IMG/VR virus record: IMGVR_UViG_2534681604_000014
Span: 1-52,506 of that record
From: a virus
Lineage: Duplodnaviria > Heunggongvirae > Uroviricota > Caudoviricetes
Direction: 5' to 3' (one strand)
DNA: 52,506 nt
Part shown: in pieces, positions 52,176 through 52,506 of the stretch
How the letters are laid out: each line of letters opens with the position of its first letter
Numbering within the stretch: position 1 is the stretch's first letter
Program-made: the position numbers and the translations under genes
The notes under the pieces: generated by a model
Told to the model about the DNA's origin: nothing
Database searches by the model: none
Seen by the model: only the letters and a program-made list of their open reading frames with translations

Positions 52176-52506
52176 GGTGATGCTGCCAACTTACTGATTT
52201 AGTGTATGATGGTGTTTTTGAGGTGCTCCAGTGGCTTCTGTTTCTATCAGCTGTCCCTCCTGTTCAGCTACTGACGGGGTGGTGCGTAACGGCAAAAGCA
52301 CCGCCGGACATCAGCGCTATCTCTGCTCTCACTGCCGTAAAACATGGCAACTGCAGTTCACTTACACCGCTTCTCAACCCGGTACGCACCAGAAAATCAT
52401 TGATATGGCCATGAATGGCGTTGGATGCCGGGCAACAGCCCGCATTATGGGCGTTGGCCTCAACACGATTTTACGTCACTTAAAAAACTCAGGCCGCAGT
52501 CGGTAA
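52176..52506 (+). mobile_element. IS1 left end (partial, runs off the window)
   Basis: GGTGATGCTGCCAACTTACTGATTTAGTGTATGATGGTG is the IS1 terminal inverted repeat, followed by insA. Confidence 0.95.
52231..52506 (+). CDS. insA: IS1 InsA
   Basis: 91-aa ORF, GTG start, [21 protein letters not shown]...; stop at the window end. Confidence 0.95.

Overview
This window reads as a 52.5-kb stretch of a P1-family temperate phage-plasmid, syntenic with phage P1 but not identical to it. Left to right it carries: the phd-doc addiction module; lpa; the pacA/pacB terminase with an intact pac site (seven TGATCA/G hexamers); an icd/ant-like antirepressor module directly beside c1; the c1-coi immunity region with C1 operator 17-mers; a loxP site with one arm substitution; cre; ref and mat; a type III restriction-modification pair (res/mod, EcoP1I/EcoP15I-like); lxc, ulx and the 2255-aa darB; head genes prt/pro; a SAR endolysin; ssb; an AT-rich cargo island carrying an enterobacterial porin; the lyd/dar operon; a degenerate cin/tail-fibre switch region with a truncated cin, a low-GC acetyltransferase and a duplicated 5-prime piece of the tail-fibre gene; the tail-fibre, baseplate and tape-measure (sit) late operon; and the left end of an IS1 element at the window edge. 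The most interesting parts are the accessory and rearranged loci: the ant module beside c1, the porin island, the broken invertible segment, a HExxH protein in the dar operon, and an extra ORF between loxP and cre. Protein identities come from reading the translations and from recalled P1 biology; no database search was run, and comparisons with reference P1 rely on memory of its gene order and protein sizes.
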